Shown here: piece after piece, positions 44,396 through 53,096 of the stretch
Layout of the letters: each line of letters starts with the position of its first letter
How positions within the stretch are numbered: position 1 is the first letter of the stretch
Assembly (NCBI GenBank): GCA_963719125.1
Contig: CAVRAT010000015.1
Coordinates: forward strand, 77,782 to 141,781
Source of the DNA: an uncultured Acidimicrobiaceae bacterium
GTDB taxonomy: Bacteria; Actinomycetota; Acidimicrobiia; Acidimicrobiales; Bog-793
Reading direction: 5' to 3'
DNA: 64,000 nt
Program-made: the position numbers and the translations under genes
Notes under the pieces: generated by a model
The model's input: only the letters and a program-made list of their open reading frames with translations
The model's database searches: none
Told to the model about the DNA's origin: nothing

Positions 44396-45096
44396 GCGGA
44401 CCCGCCTGGCTCGAGCTTCTCGCCGAAGGGGAGCTCGAAGTTCTGGGCAGGCTGCCGTGGAGCTCGAACTACTCGTTCCTGGCGGCGGTTCGGCTCCGGG
44501 GGACCGACGAGCGCGCCGTCTACAAGCCGGGGCGCGGCGAACGCCCCCTGTGGGACTACCCGGGTGGCCTTTTCCGACGTGAGGTCGCCGCCTACGAGCT
44601 TTCCGCCGCGCTCGGCCTCGGCATCGTGCCCGAGACGGTGCTGCGGAAGAAAGGGCCTCACGGCCAGGGATCGGTGCAGCGTTTCATCGACGCCGACTTC
44701 GCCGAGCACTATTTCACGCTGTTGAACGAGGCTTCGCACCACTCCCAGTTACGTCGGATAGCGGCCTTCGATCTCCTCGCGAACAACGGCGACCGCAAGG
44801 GCGGCCATCTCATAATCGACCAGGAGAGACGGATCTGGGGGATCGACCACGGCCTGTGCTTCCACGCTGACGCAAAGCTCAGGACCGTGATGTGGGATTT
44901 CGCCGGCGAGGAGTTACCGTCCGAGGTGCTGGCGGGCTGTGAGCTGGTGGTCGACTCGATCCCGGACGCAGTGGCGGCGTTGCTGGAGCAAGACGAGCGC
45001 GCAGCGCTTAGACGTAGAGCCGCCGGGCTGCTTCGAAAGCCTCTCTTTCCGGCCCCACGCGACGACTACCGGGCCTATCCCTGGCCCCTCGTGTGA
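44356..45096 (+). CDS. SCO1664-family protein (PI3/4-kinase-like fold, conserved actinobacterial)
   Basis: ..LELLAEGELEVLGRLPWSSNYSFLA..AVYKPGRGERPLWDYP..REVAAYELS..ANNGDRKGGH..IDHGLCFH. The start codon is uncertain. Confidence 0.75.
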   Translation: MPEDERPPSAADLSGPAWLELLAEGELEVLGRLPWSSNYSFLAAVRLRGTDERAVYKPGRGERPLWDYPGGLFRREVAAYELSAALGLGIVPETVLRKKGPHGQGSVQRFIDADFAEHYFTLLNEASHHSQLRRIAAFDLLANNGDRKGGHLIIDQERRIWGIDHGLCFHADAKLRTVMWDFAGEELPSEVLAGCELVVDSIPDAVAALLEQDERAALRRRAAGLLRKPLFPAPRDDYRAYPWPLV

Positions 45097-45137
45097 ATCA
45101 GTAGTGCCAGGTGAGCCGAGGAGCTGTCGGCCGGCGC

Positions 45138-46154
45138 TCAGTGGGCCCGAAGAGATTGCGGCGGTGCGCCCTCCTCCTCTGGGAAGAGACGTAGCGCGGC
45201 TTCTGCCGGTTTTGCGCGAGCTCGACGCCGTGCGGGCGTGGCCCGCATGACACGGCGTCGCGCGTACAGGTCGGCGTCGGCGACGGCGAGCAGCTCCGCC
45301 ACCGCAGCGCACCCCGTCGACAGGTAGCTCGCAGTACCCCAGCTGAACGACGGGGCACCGAGGCGCAGCGCGCGGGCGATGAGCACCGCCGCGTCCTCCG
45401 GCGAGGTGTCAGGCAGAACCAGGCCGAACTCGTCGCCACCGAGGCGGTAGATGCCGTCCATGCTCCGCAGAGCCTTTCTCAAGGTGTCGACGAGGAGCAC
45501 GAGCTGGCGGTCACCAGCCGCGTGGCCTGCTGTGTCGTTGACAACCTTGAGGCCGTCAAGGTCGATGGCGACGACGCTCAGGTCGAGCTCGGCACGAGCG
45601 CAGCGGGCCAATTCCCGGTCGAGGTCGCGTTCGAAGGCGCGCCGGTTGGAGCACCCGGTCAACGGGTCGCTGAACGCCGCCCGCTGGAGCTCGTCGGTGG
45701 CCCCGCGACAGGCGTTGATCATGGTGAGGTCGATGAGGCGCGTGATCGCCCGCTGTCCGGGCTCGACGGCGACCAGACCCCGGAGCTGGACGAGCTGCTC
45801 GACGACGAGAACCGGCGATCCAACTCGGGCTCCCCAGCGCGTCGCCGCGGCAGCAAGCGTTCGCCTGCGTTCAATCGGGACGGCCGGGCTGCTGGCGTCG
45901 GGCGGGAGAGCGGCGTTCTCTAGGCCTGCCCCGTCTGGGCCCTTGTCCTTGGCTGATCCAGGGTCTCCTTTTGGCAGGCCCGCATGCCCGAAAAGCCGCG
46001 GCGACCCGCCGGCAGCCGCCCCGAGCGCGCGAAGCAACAGCTCACGCTCGTCGGCGTCTGCTCGACCCGAGGCGCACCGGCGAGCCTGGCACCTTTGCCA
46101 CCATGCCTCAGCCAGCGCTTCGATCGTGGGGGCTTTGGGCATCATGTTGGTCAA
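45138..46154 (-). CDS. GGDEF-domain diguanylate cyclase with I-site
   Basis: ..DPLTGCSNRRAFE..VVAIDLDGLKVVNDTAGHAAGD..RSMDGIYRLGGDEFGLVL: RxxD sits five residues before GGDEF. The N-terminal about 160 aa match no recognised sensor domain. Confidence 0.85.
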   Translation of the reverse strand: MTNMMPKAPTIEALAEAWWQRCQARRCASGRADADERELLLRALGAAAGGSPRLFGHAGLPKGDPGSAKDKGPDGAGLENAALPPDASSPAVPIERRRTLAAAATRWGARVGSPVLVVEQLVQLRGLVAVEPGQRAITRLIDLTMINACRGATDELQRAAFSDPLTGCSNRRAFERDLDRELARCARAELDLSVVAIDLDGLKVVNDTAGHAAGDRQLVLLVDTLRKALRSMDGIYRLGGDEFGLVLPDTSPEDAAVLIARALRLGAPSFSWGTASYLSTGCAAVAELLAVADADLYARRRVMRATPARRRARAKPAEAALRLFPEEEGAPPQSLRAH

Positions 46155-46316
46155 CTCTTGGGCTGATCGCTTGACGAGGCGAACCTACCATCGGGGCGCT
46201 CCACCGCCGCGGATGCCGCCGCGGATGCCGCCTCCGCCACGTTCACGCTAGCCGCGGGATGATCAGGCGCTGCCTGGCCAGCTGGCAAGCTTGTATGGAA
46301 GAGGAGGAGGCGCGCC

Positions 46317-47414
46317 ATGTCCGCGGATTCACCCGAGCCTGTCGAGTCCGAAGCGGCCGTTTCCTCGCCGAACCTTCCGACGGTCTCGATCATCCTCCCG
46401 GTCCTGAACGAGGAGTCCCAGCTCGAGCGCTGCATGACCTCGGTGGCCCAGCAGAGCTACCCCGCGGTCATCGAGGTGGTAGTTGCCGACGGCGGCTCGA
46501 CAGATGGAACCCGGTCGCTGGTGTCCAAGTTCGCCAACGTGCGCGTCGTCGACAACCCGAGACGCATCCGCCCTGCCGGCTTGAACGCTGCCATTGCGGC
46601 AGCTTCCGGCGACATCATCGTCCGGGTCGATGCCCGCACAGCGCTGGCGCCCGACTACGTCGAGTGCTGCGTCTCGGCGCTGGAGCGGTCGGAAGCGGCC
46701 ATCGTCGGCGGGCAGATGCGCTACGAGGCTCACGGCGCACGCCAGCGCGGCATCGTGGCGGCCATGACCTCCCGCCTCGGAGCCGGGCCCGCCGCCTTCC
46801 GGCGAGAAGGTGGAGAGCCGCGATACGTCGACACCGTCTACCTGGGAGCTTTCCGGGCAAGCACGATCCGCGAGATGGGCTGCTACGACGAGTGGTCAGG
46901 AGGCAACGAAGACGCCGAGCTCGCTTGGCGGGCGCAAGGCTTCGGCGGTGTCTACCTCGACCCGTCGATCAAGTCCTACTACCTCGGACGCGACGGGCTG
47001 GGACCGCTCGCACGCCAGTTCTACCGGTACGGCCACAACCGCGCCCGTACGATCCGCAAACACCCGAGCTCGCTTTCGTGGCGCCAGCTTGCCGTCCCGG
47101 CACTCTTCGTCGGTCTCGCGAGCCCGTGGCGCCGGCCCGTGCTCGCGGCCTACGTGGCGATCATTCTCGAGCGGGGCGCCGTCGAGTTCACCCGTGACCC
47201 TCCGGCCGTGCCGACACTTCTCGCGGCCTTTCCCACCATGCATGCAGCCTGGGGCCTGGGCTTTGTCAGGGGGATCGTCAAGAAGCCGGGCCCGAGCGAT
47301 CTTCACGGATCTGTGCATGGGTCACATGCCTGTTCAAGGCGATCGACCCGGGTCGCCCGCTCGGCAAGGTTCTTTGTTCACGGGACCATTACGGAAGCTC
47401 GACATGCCAACTGA
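46317..47414 (+). CDS. Family 2 glycosyltransferase (ExoA-like) with C-terminal membrane segments
   Basis: VSIILPVLNEESQL..VVVADGGSTDGT..IIVRVDARTA..GGNEDAEL.. GGAGGAGG sits upstream of the ATG. Confidence 0.85.
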   Translation: MSADSPEPVESEAAVSSPNLPTVSIILPVLNEESQLERCMTSVAQQSYPAVIEVVVADGGSTDGTRSLVSKFANVRVVDNPRRIRPAGLNAAIAAASGDIIVRVDARTALAPDYVECCVSALERSEAAIVGGQMRYEAHGARQRGIVAAMTSRLGAGPAAFRREGGEPRYVDTVYLGAFRASTIREMGCYDEWSGGNEDAELAWRAQGFGGVYLDPSIKSYYLGRDGLGPLARQFYRYGHNRARTIRKHPSSLSWRQLAVPALFVGLASPWRRPVLAAYVAIILERGAVEFTRDPPAVPTLLAAFPTMHAAWGLGFVRGIVKKPGPSDLHGSVHGSHACSRRSTRVARSARFFVHGTITEARHAN

Positions 47415-48312
47415 CGGTTCCGACCAGGTCGACCTCACCCTGTTCACGACTGCGAAGCCTTTTGCCGGGCATTCGGGGATCATTCAGCACAATGCTCTGC
47501 GCAGCTGGTCGCGGTTGCAACCACGCCCCGAGATACTCCTCATCGGTGACGAGGAGGGCTATGAGGAAGCGGCTGCGGACGTGGGCGCTTTTCGTGTGCC
47601 TGGCCTCGAGCGGAACGAGTTCGGCACGCCTTTGGTCTCGGAGATCTTCCGAAGCGGCCGGGAACGCGGAAAAGGACACGTTCTCACTTTCCTGAACGCG
47701 GACATCATTCTTCCGCCACTCTTTGCTCAAGCCGTGGCGATCGTCGAGCGAACGTTCCCGCGGTTCTTGTTAGTTGGACGGAGGGTCGACCTTGAAGTCG
47801 ATCAACTCCTCGAGTTTGACGACGACTGGTACGAACGCTTGTCCACGCGTGCCGTTGCCGACGGAACTGCCCGTGGCGATCTGTGTATCGACTACTTTGT
47901 TTTCACACGCGATCTGTTCGCGGCAATCCCACCTTTTGCGATTGGGCGCACCAGATATGACAACTGGTTGATTTGGAGAGCCGCACAGGACGGCGCTGCT
48001 GTCGTGGACGCGTCCGCTTTTGTGAAGGTGATTCATCAGAACCACGATTACGGCCATGTGGACGGTCTGATCAAAGCATGGGAGGGAACAGAAGCCAAGC
48101 GGGCTGAACAGCTACTTGGTCACTGGTCCCACTATCACTCGATTTCTCACGCTAGGTACATGCTGGCGCCGTCGGGTGAGGTGAGACCTGCCCAGGGTTT
48201 GCGGTACACCACGGCTCGTTCCCGGCGTGTTCTCAGCCACCTGCTTCGATCTTCAAGGCCGCTCAGGAGGCGTGTCAAAGTGCTATTGGCTCGCCGCTCC
48301 ACGAAGCGCTGA
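47404..48312 (+). CDS. Uncharacterised protein, possible GT-A-like glycosyltransferase
   Basis: ATG 47404 overlaps the end of the upstream gene. ..LTLFTTAKPFAGHSGIIQHNALRSW..ILLIGDEEG..FLNADIIL..CIDYFVF..RYDNWLI. The 46810 start is out-of-gene shadow. Confidence 0.55.
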   Translation: MPTDGSDQVDLTLFTTAKPFAGHSGIIQHNALRSWSRLQPRPEILLIGDEEGYEEAAADVGAFRVPGLERNEFGTPLVSEIFRSGRERGKGHVLTFLNADIILPPLFAQAVAIVERTFPRFLLVGRRVDLEVDQLLEFDDDWYERLSTRAVADGTARGDLCIDYFVFTRDLFAAIPPFAIGRTRYDNWLIWRAAQDGAAVVDASAFVKVIHQNHDYGHVDGLIKAWEGTEAKRAEQLLGHWSHYHSISHARYMLAPSGEVRPAQGLRYTTARSRRVLSHLLRSSRPLRRRVKVLLARRSTKR

Positions 48313-48416
48313 GCGAGTCCTATTGACACGTGCGGAATTGTCCGGGAACGGAGTCAGAGTTGCCTAGATCCGGCCTTGTAGACTGAACAACATGCCGACC
48401 CCAGTCGCAGGTTTTC

Positions 48417-49262
48417 GTGTCCGGTAGTTCCGTCTTTGACGAGGTCCCTATCGACAGGGTCCGGCGGTACTGGGATAATCGACCTTGCAACGTTCGCCAC
48501 TCACCTCTTCCGGTGGGAAGTCGCGAGTACTTCGACGAGGTCGAAGCCCGCAAGTACCGCGTTGAGCCTCACATTCCCGGTTTCGCCGAGTTTGACCGCT
48601 GGAAAGGCAAGCGAGTACTGGAGATAGGTTGCGGGATAGGCACCGACACGGTCAACTTTGCGCGAGCCGGTGCCGAGGTGGTGGCGTGCGACCTCTCAGT
48701 GGAGTCGATCAAGATCGCTCGCCAGCGGGCCGAGGTGTTCGGTCTCTCTGAGCTCATCACTTTTGTGAACACGAATGCCGAACAGATGGAAGAAGTGCCT
48801 GCTGAGAGGCCATTCGATCTCGTCTACAGCTTTGGTGTGATCCATCACACCCCGAAGCCCCAGCGGGTTCTCGAGAGCGCCCGCCGGCGGATGAGTGCCG
48901 GAGGCAAGCTGAAGGTGATGGTGTACAACCGCCATTCCTGGAAGGTTGCTGGGATTGTGATCGGTCACGGTAAAGGCCGGTTTTGGAGGGCAGACGAATT
49001 GATTGCCGAGCAGTCCGAGGCGCAGACAGGCTGTCCGGTGACCTTTACGTATACCAAGGACACAGTGCGTGACCTGATCGAACCGCCCGGCTTCAAGGTG
49101 GACGACATCAGGATCGACCACGTCTTCCCCTACCGCGTGAAGGACTACGTCGAGTACCGCTACGAGAAGCGCTTCCCGTTCCGGGTGATGCCCGCTCCGA
49201 TGATGAGGAAGCTCGAGACGAGTGTCGGCTGGCATCTCATGGTCGATGCCACGGCCGCTTAG
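48417..49262 (+). CDS. Class I SAM-dependent methyltransferase
   Basis: ..RVLEIGCGIGTDTVNFARAGAEVVACDLS.. (motif I, GxGxG) and ..DLVYSFGVIHHTP... Confidence 0.85.
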   Translation: MSGSSVFDEVPIDRVRRYWDNRPCNVRHSPLPVGSREYFDEVEARKYRVEPHIPGFAEFDRWKGKRVLEIGCGIGTDTVNFARAGAEVVACDLSVESIKIARQRAEVFGLSELITFVNTNAEQMEEVPAERPFDLVYSFGVIHHTPKPQRVLESARRRMSAGGKLKVMVYNRHSWKVAGIVIGHGKGRFWRADELIAEQSEAQTGCPVTFTYTKDTVRDLIEPPGFKVDDIRIDHVFPYRVKDYVEYRYEKRFPFRVMPAPMMRKLETSVGWHLMVDATAA

Positions 49263-49298
49263 AAGCTGTCCCCTGGACACCGAGCAGAAGGGACGACG

Positions 49299-50609
49299 AT
49301 GCAGCTTGCCGTAATCGGTCTTGGAAAACTTGGCTGTCCAATGGCCGCCCTGTTAGCCGCCGCGGGCTACGACGTCGTCGGAGCAGACCTGAGCGAGGCA
49401 GTTGTGGCAGCGGTCAACGAAGGTCGTGCTCCTGTAGACGAGACCGGCCTTGCTGAGCTCATGACGCAGGCTGCGCCTCGGCTATGGGCGACGACGAGCG
49501 TTGAGGAGGCGGCCGAGGATGCCGAGGTCGCTTTCTGCATCGTCCCGACCCCCAGCCTGGAGGACGACTCCTTCGACACGGGCGGCGCCGAGTCGGCTTT
49601 CACGGCCATTGGCCGTGGATTCGCACGCAAGGACCGCGGTAGGCGGGTGGCTGTGCTGACCAGCACCGTGCTGCCGGGCGCCACGGAGCTACGCATCAAG
49701 CCGGCACTAGAAAAAGGCAGTGGCATGGTTGTTGGCCCCGAGCTCGGTCTGTGCTACTCGCCAGAGTTCATCGCTCTGGGCAGCGTTATTGAGAACATGC
49801 GCCACCCAGACATGGTTCTTATGGGCTCGTCCGACACATGGGCAGCCGAAAAGGCAGCGCACATCATCAAGACAGTCGCCGACCAGGATGTTCCAGTGGC
49901 CTTCATGTCCATCGTCGAGGCCGAGATGACGAAGATATCGGTGAATGGATTCATTACCACGAAGATCTCGTACGCCAACATGATCGCCGAGATCTGTGAA
50001 CGCCTTCCCGGCGCCGACGCGGCGGTAGTGACGGCAGCGGTCGGCCTCGATTCTCGGATAGGGCAGAAGTACCTGCGCCCGGGCGCTCCGTACGGCGGTC
50101 CGTGCTTCCCGAGAGACAACGCGGCGTTCAGGGCCCTGGCCAATTCTCTCGGAGTGGAAGCAGACCTCGCAGTCGCGACCGATCGCATCAATCGCCGCCA
50201 GACGCGCCTGCTTGTCGAGAGAATCACCGACCAAGCGGGCAAAGAGGCGAGAGTTGCCATCCTGGGACTCACCTACAAGCCGTTCACTCCTGTCACAGAA
50301 GAAGGCTTCGGGACCTTGCTGGCCCGGGAATTGGTGTCGGAGGGACTATCAGTGTCGGTGTACGACCCGAAAGCGATCGTCGAACTGGACGGGGTTCATA
50401 GAACTGGGTCAGCTGAAGCCTGTATCGCTGCTGTGGATGTCGTCGTCGTGGCAACGCCTTGGCCGGAGTTCGCCGAGATCAAACATGTCGATTCAGGCCT
50501 GCTGTTCGACTACTGGCGTATCGTCCCCGAGTCCGCTCTAGCGCGGTCGACGAGGGTTTTCTACCCGGGCGCGGGCTCGGCACTCGCAGACGACCGCGCC
50601 ACTACATGA
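49299..50609 (+). CDS. Nucleotide-sugar 6-dehydrogenase (UDP-glucose/GDP-mannose dehydrogenase family)
   Basis: MQLAVIGLGKLGCPMAA.. N-terminal Rossmann fold. ..EFIALGS..KISYANM..GGPCFPRDN (catalytic Cys). C-terminal UDP-binding domain. Confidence 0.9.
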   Translation: MQLAVIGLGKLGCPMAALLAAAGYDVVGADLSEAVVAAVNEGRAPVDETGLAELMTQAAPRLWATTSVEEAAEDAEVAFCIVPTPSLEDDSFDTGGAESAFTAIGRGFARKDRGRRVAVLTSTVLPGATELRIKPALEKGSGMVVGPELGLCYSPEFIALGSVIENMRHPDMVLMGSSDTWAAEKAAHIIKTVADQDVPVAFMSIVEAEMTKISVNGFITTKISYANMIAEICERLPGADAAVVTAAVGLDSRIGQKYLRPGAPYGGPCFPRDNAAFRALANSLGVEADLAVATDRINRRQTRLLVERITDQAGKEARVAILGLTYKPFTPVTEEGFGTLLARELVSEGLSVSVYDPKAIVELDGVHRTGSAEACIAAVDVVVVATPWPEFAEIKHVDSGLLFDYWRIVPESALARSTRVFYPGAGSALADDRATT

Positions 50610-50681
50610 TGGAGACCGCCACCAGCTAGGAGTTTGTTGGCCCTTGGTCATACGAGCACCACACAGAGGACGGAGGTAAAT

Positions 50682-51698
50682 GTGCCAGTCGAACTGGACA
50701 AGGATGCGTATGTAGTCGTCGCGGGCGCAGGCGGGTTCATTGGTGGTCACCTTGTGAGCCGGCTACTCGACGACGGGTACAAGAAGATCCGAGCTGTCGA
50801 CAACAAGCCCATCGGCCAGTGGTACCAGCGACCCGCGGGCGTGGACTATGTGCAGGCTGACCTGCGACTCCTCGAATCGTGCCGTGAAGTCGTCGACGGC
50901 GCGCGCTACATATTCGACTTCGCCGCCGACATGGGTGGTATGGGTTTCATCGAGTATCACAAGGCTGACTGCATGCTTTCGGTTCTGATCGCGACTCATC
51001 TGCTCATGGCGGCGCGCGACAAGGGCACCATCGAGCGCATGTTCTTTTCGTCCTCGGCATGTGTCTATAACGCCGACAAGCAACGCGATCCGAATGTCAC
51101 GGCTCTCAAAGAGGAGGATGCCTATCCCACGCTTGCGGAGGACGGCTACGGTTGGGAAAAGTTGTTCACCGAGCGCATGTGTCGGCACTTTGACGAGGAG
51201 TTCGGGATCACCACGCGTATTGCCAGGTTCCACAACGTCTACGGCCCGAACGGTACCTGGAACGGCGTGAGGGCGAAGGCGCCTGCGGCGATCTGCCGAA
51301 AGGTGGCCGAGGCGAAGATAGGTGGCGCCTCCGAAATTGAGATTTGGGGCGATGGCGAGCAGACGCGGAGCTTCATGTACATAGACGATTGCGTCGAGGG
51401 AGTCATGAGGATCACGACGGGTGATTACGGCGATCCGCTCAATCTAGGCAGCACTGAACTCGTGTCCGTCAACCAACTTGTCGACATGATCGAGTCCATC
51501 GCTGGCATAAAGCTTCGTCGCAACTACAATCTGGCCGCGCCCCAAGGCGTGAGGGGCCGCAATAGCGACAACACACGGCTCGTTCGCGAGATCGGCTGGG
51601 AACCGCAGGTCACTCTGATGGACGGTCTGGAGCGCACGTATCGCTGGATCTATGACGAGATATCTCATGGCCGTCGGGATGTGGCCGAGGCATCATAG
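50682..51698 (+). CDS. SDR-family nucleotide-sugar epimerase, GDP-mannose 3,5-epimerase-like
   Basis: GGAGG then GTG at 50682. VVVAGAGGFIGGHL..FAADMGGMGFI..SSSACVY..YGWEKL..RFHNVYGP.GTW.G.R.KAPAAICRK closely follows GME signature blocks as I recall them. Confidence 0.8.
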   Translation: MPVELDKDAYVVVAGAGGFIGGHLVSRLLDDGYKKIRAVDNKPIGQWYQRPAGVDYVQADLRLLESCREVVDGARYIFDFAADMGGMGFIEYHKADCMLSVLIATHLLMAARDKGTIERMFFSSSACVYNADKQRDPNVTALKEEDAYPTLAEDGYGWEKLFTERMCRHFDEEFGITTRIARFHNVYGPNGTWNGVRAKAPAAICRKVAEAKIGGASEIEIWGDGEQTRSFMYIDDCVEGVMRITTGDYGDPLNLGSTELVSVNQLVDMIESIAGIKLRRNYNLAAPQGVRGRNSDNTRLVREIGWEPQVTLMDGLERTYRWIYDEISHGRRDVAEAS

Positions 51699-51763
51699 AC
51701 TTCGTTGGCCGCCTCGGGGCTCGACAGGGGTTGGCCCCGTCACCGGGTAGGAGTTTCGGATAA

Positions 51764-51805
51764 CCGCGCCGCACAAGTAGGGCGCACACTATTCGTGCGG
51801 CGCGG
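51764..51805. repeat. Perfect 11-bp-stem inverted repeat (CCGCGCCGCAC ... GTGCGGCGCGG, 20-nt loop)
   Basis: Read directly from the sequence. Lies in the 400-bp convergent spacer between the epimerase and the minus-strand methyltransferase. Possible bidirectional terminator or protein binding site. Confidence 0.4.
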
Positions 51806-51959
51806 ACAGAAGCGTGGCAACTGCACTTCCGGCGCAGAGTCGTTGCATCAGGTGAAAGCGGCACCGGAGCAACTCGTCTTATCATCTGATGTTGACGGAC
51901 GTATTTTGGGTCGCGGGTGTGCTATGACTCGAGGAGGATGTATCTCCTATCGAAAATTC

Positions 51960-52110
51960 TTAAGCCAAGTGGCATACTCATCCATCTCGGTGCCAATATC
52001 GTCTCTACAGCCTGGCGGCCGCTCGCATCGTTGGCTTGGGCGGAAGGGTGCTGGCGTTCGAGCCGAGTTCGCGCCGACCGCATCGAGCTCAGAGGTCAGA
52101 TATTCGCTGG
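51960..52110 (+). pseudogene. Possible FkbM-type methyltransferase N-terminal remnant
   Basis: Across two frames: ..ILIHLGANI / LYSLAAARIVGLGGRVLAFEPS.. resembles the FkbM motif D.GANIG.Y.L.AA...G.V.AFEP. Very short and frameshifted. Confidence 0.3.
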
Positions 52111-52866
52111 CCCAGCTAGGTACCTTGACTGCATCTCGGGAATAGTCTCCACGAGGAGAGGATTGTCGAGGGGGACCCGCGAACCTACAAAAATCGCACG
52201 AGTATTCTCCGTCGGCCGAACATCGCGGTGAAGACCAGTCCAGGCCAAGGGGAACTCTCGATGGTCAGGCTGGGTCAGTGGAAGATACCCGTGTCCCCAA
52301 AGCTCGCGGACGCGCCGAAGCACCCAGGGACGCGTCGGACGGCAGCCTTGTCCAGAGCTCGACTGATTCCTCACGTTCAGCTGTTCAGGGACGACGTTTA
52401 CCTCCTCGGTGTCGCCCGGTGCACAGCAAGTCTCAAGGAGTATCAACGACGAGACTTTGGCCAAAGCGCGGAGTGCTGTTTCGGGATTCGACAAATGGTA
52501 TAGAGTTCCGTAGCAAAAAACGACATCAAAGATGCCTATAGCTGAGATCTCGTCTGGCCTCTCCAGATCAAGACTGCAAACATTTCGGCCTGGGTAGCGA
52601 CGTCGCATCTCAGCAACGTTTTCAGGACGAGAGTCGGTGGACAGCACCGAACATCCCCGGCTTAGGAAGAACTCCGTCAGTAGTCCGATCCCCGCGCCAA
52701 CCTCGAGCACATGTCGACGATCAAGGTCGAGTCTGAGGCTCGCCAGATGATCGACGCGAGCGGTATTGAGAGATCGCGCGTCTGGGGTGACAAAGACATA
52801 GAAGGCGTTAAAGTGAACCGCAATTCGTTGTCGGATGTTCGACCGTCCGAAGCGCGATAGTGGCAT
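52096..52866 (-). CDS. Class I SAM-dependent methyltransferase (low-GC gene)
   Basis: ..HVLEVGAGIGLLTEFFLSRGCSVLSTDSRPENV.. and ..FDVVFCYGTLYHL... Local GC is about 45-55% in sampled 60-nt lines, against about 68% elsewhere. Confidence 0.8.
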   Translation of the reverse strand: MPLSRFGRSNIRQRIAVHFNAFYVFVTPDARSLNTARVDHLASLRLDLDRRHVLEVGAGIGLLTEFFLSRGCSVLSTDSRPENVAEMRRRYPGRNVCSLDLERPDEISAIGIFDVVFCYGTLYHLSNPETALRALAKVSSLILLETCCAPGDTEEVNVVPEQLNVRNQSSSGQGCRPTRPWVLRRVRELWGHGYLPLTQPDHREFPLAWTGLHRDVRPTENTRAIFVGSRVPLDNPLLVETIPEMQSRYLAGPANI

Positions 52867-53096
52867 GATTTCGATTCTAGTTGCAGATCTCTCGCTGATC
52901 TACGACCTGCTGTAACGGCCCATGCTGGGTGCTACTAGATGACCACGTCGTCGAAGACATGCGAGAGCCGCTCGAGAAAGATCAGGGGAAGAATGTAAGT
53001 CCTGGTAGTTCGGACTCGACTTCGGCGACTCAACTCCATTATCGGGGCCTCGCACCCCTGCTGACCTGGGCGAGCTGTGGATAAAGTCGAGTTTCA

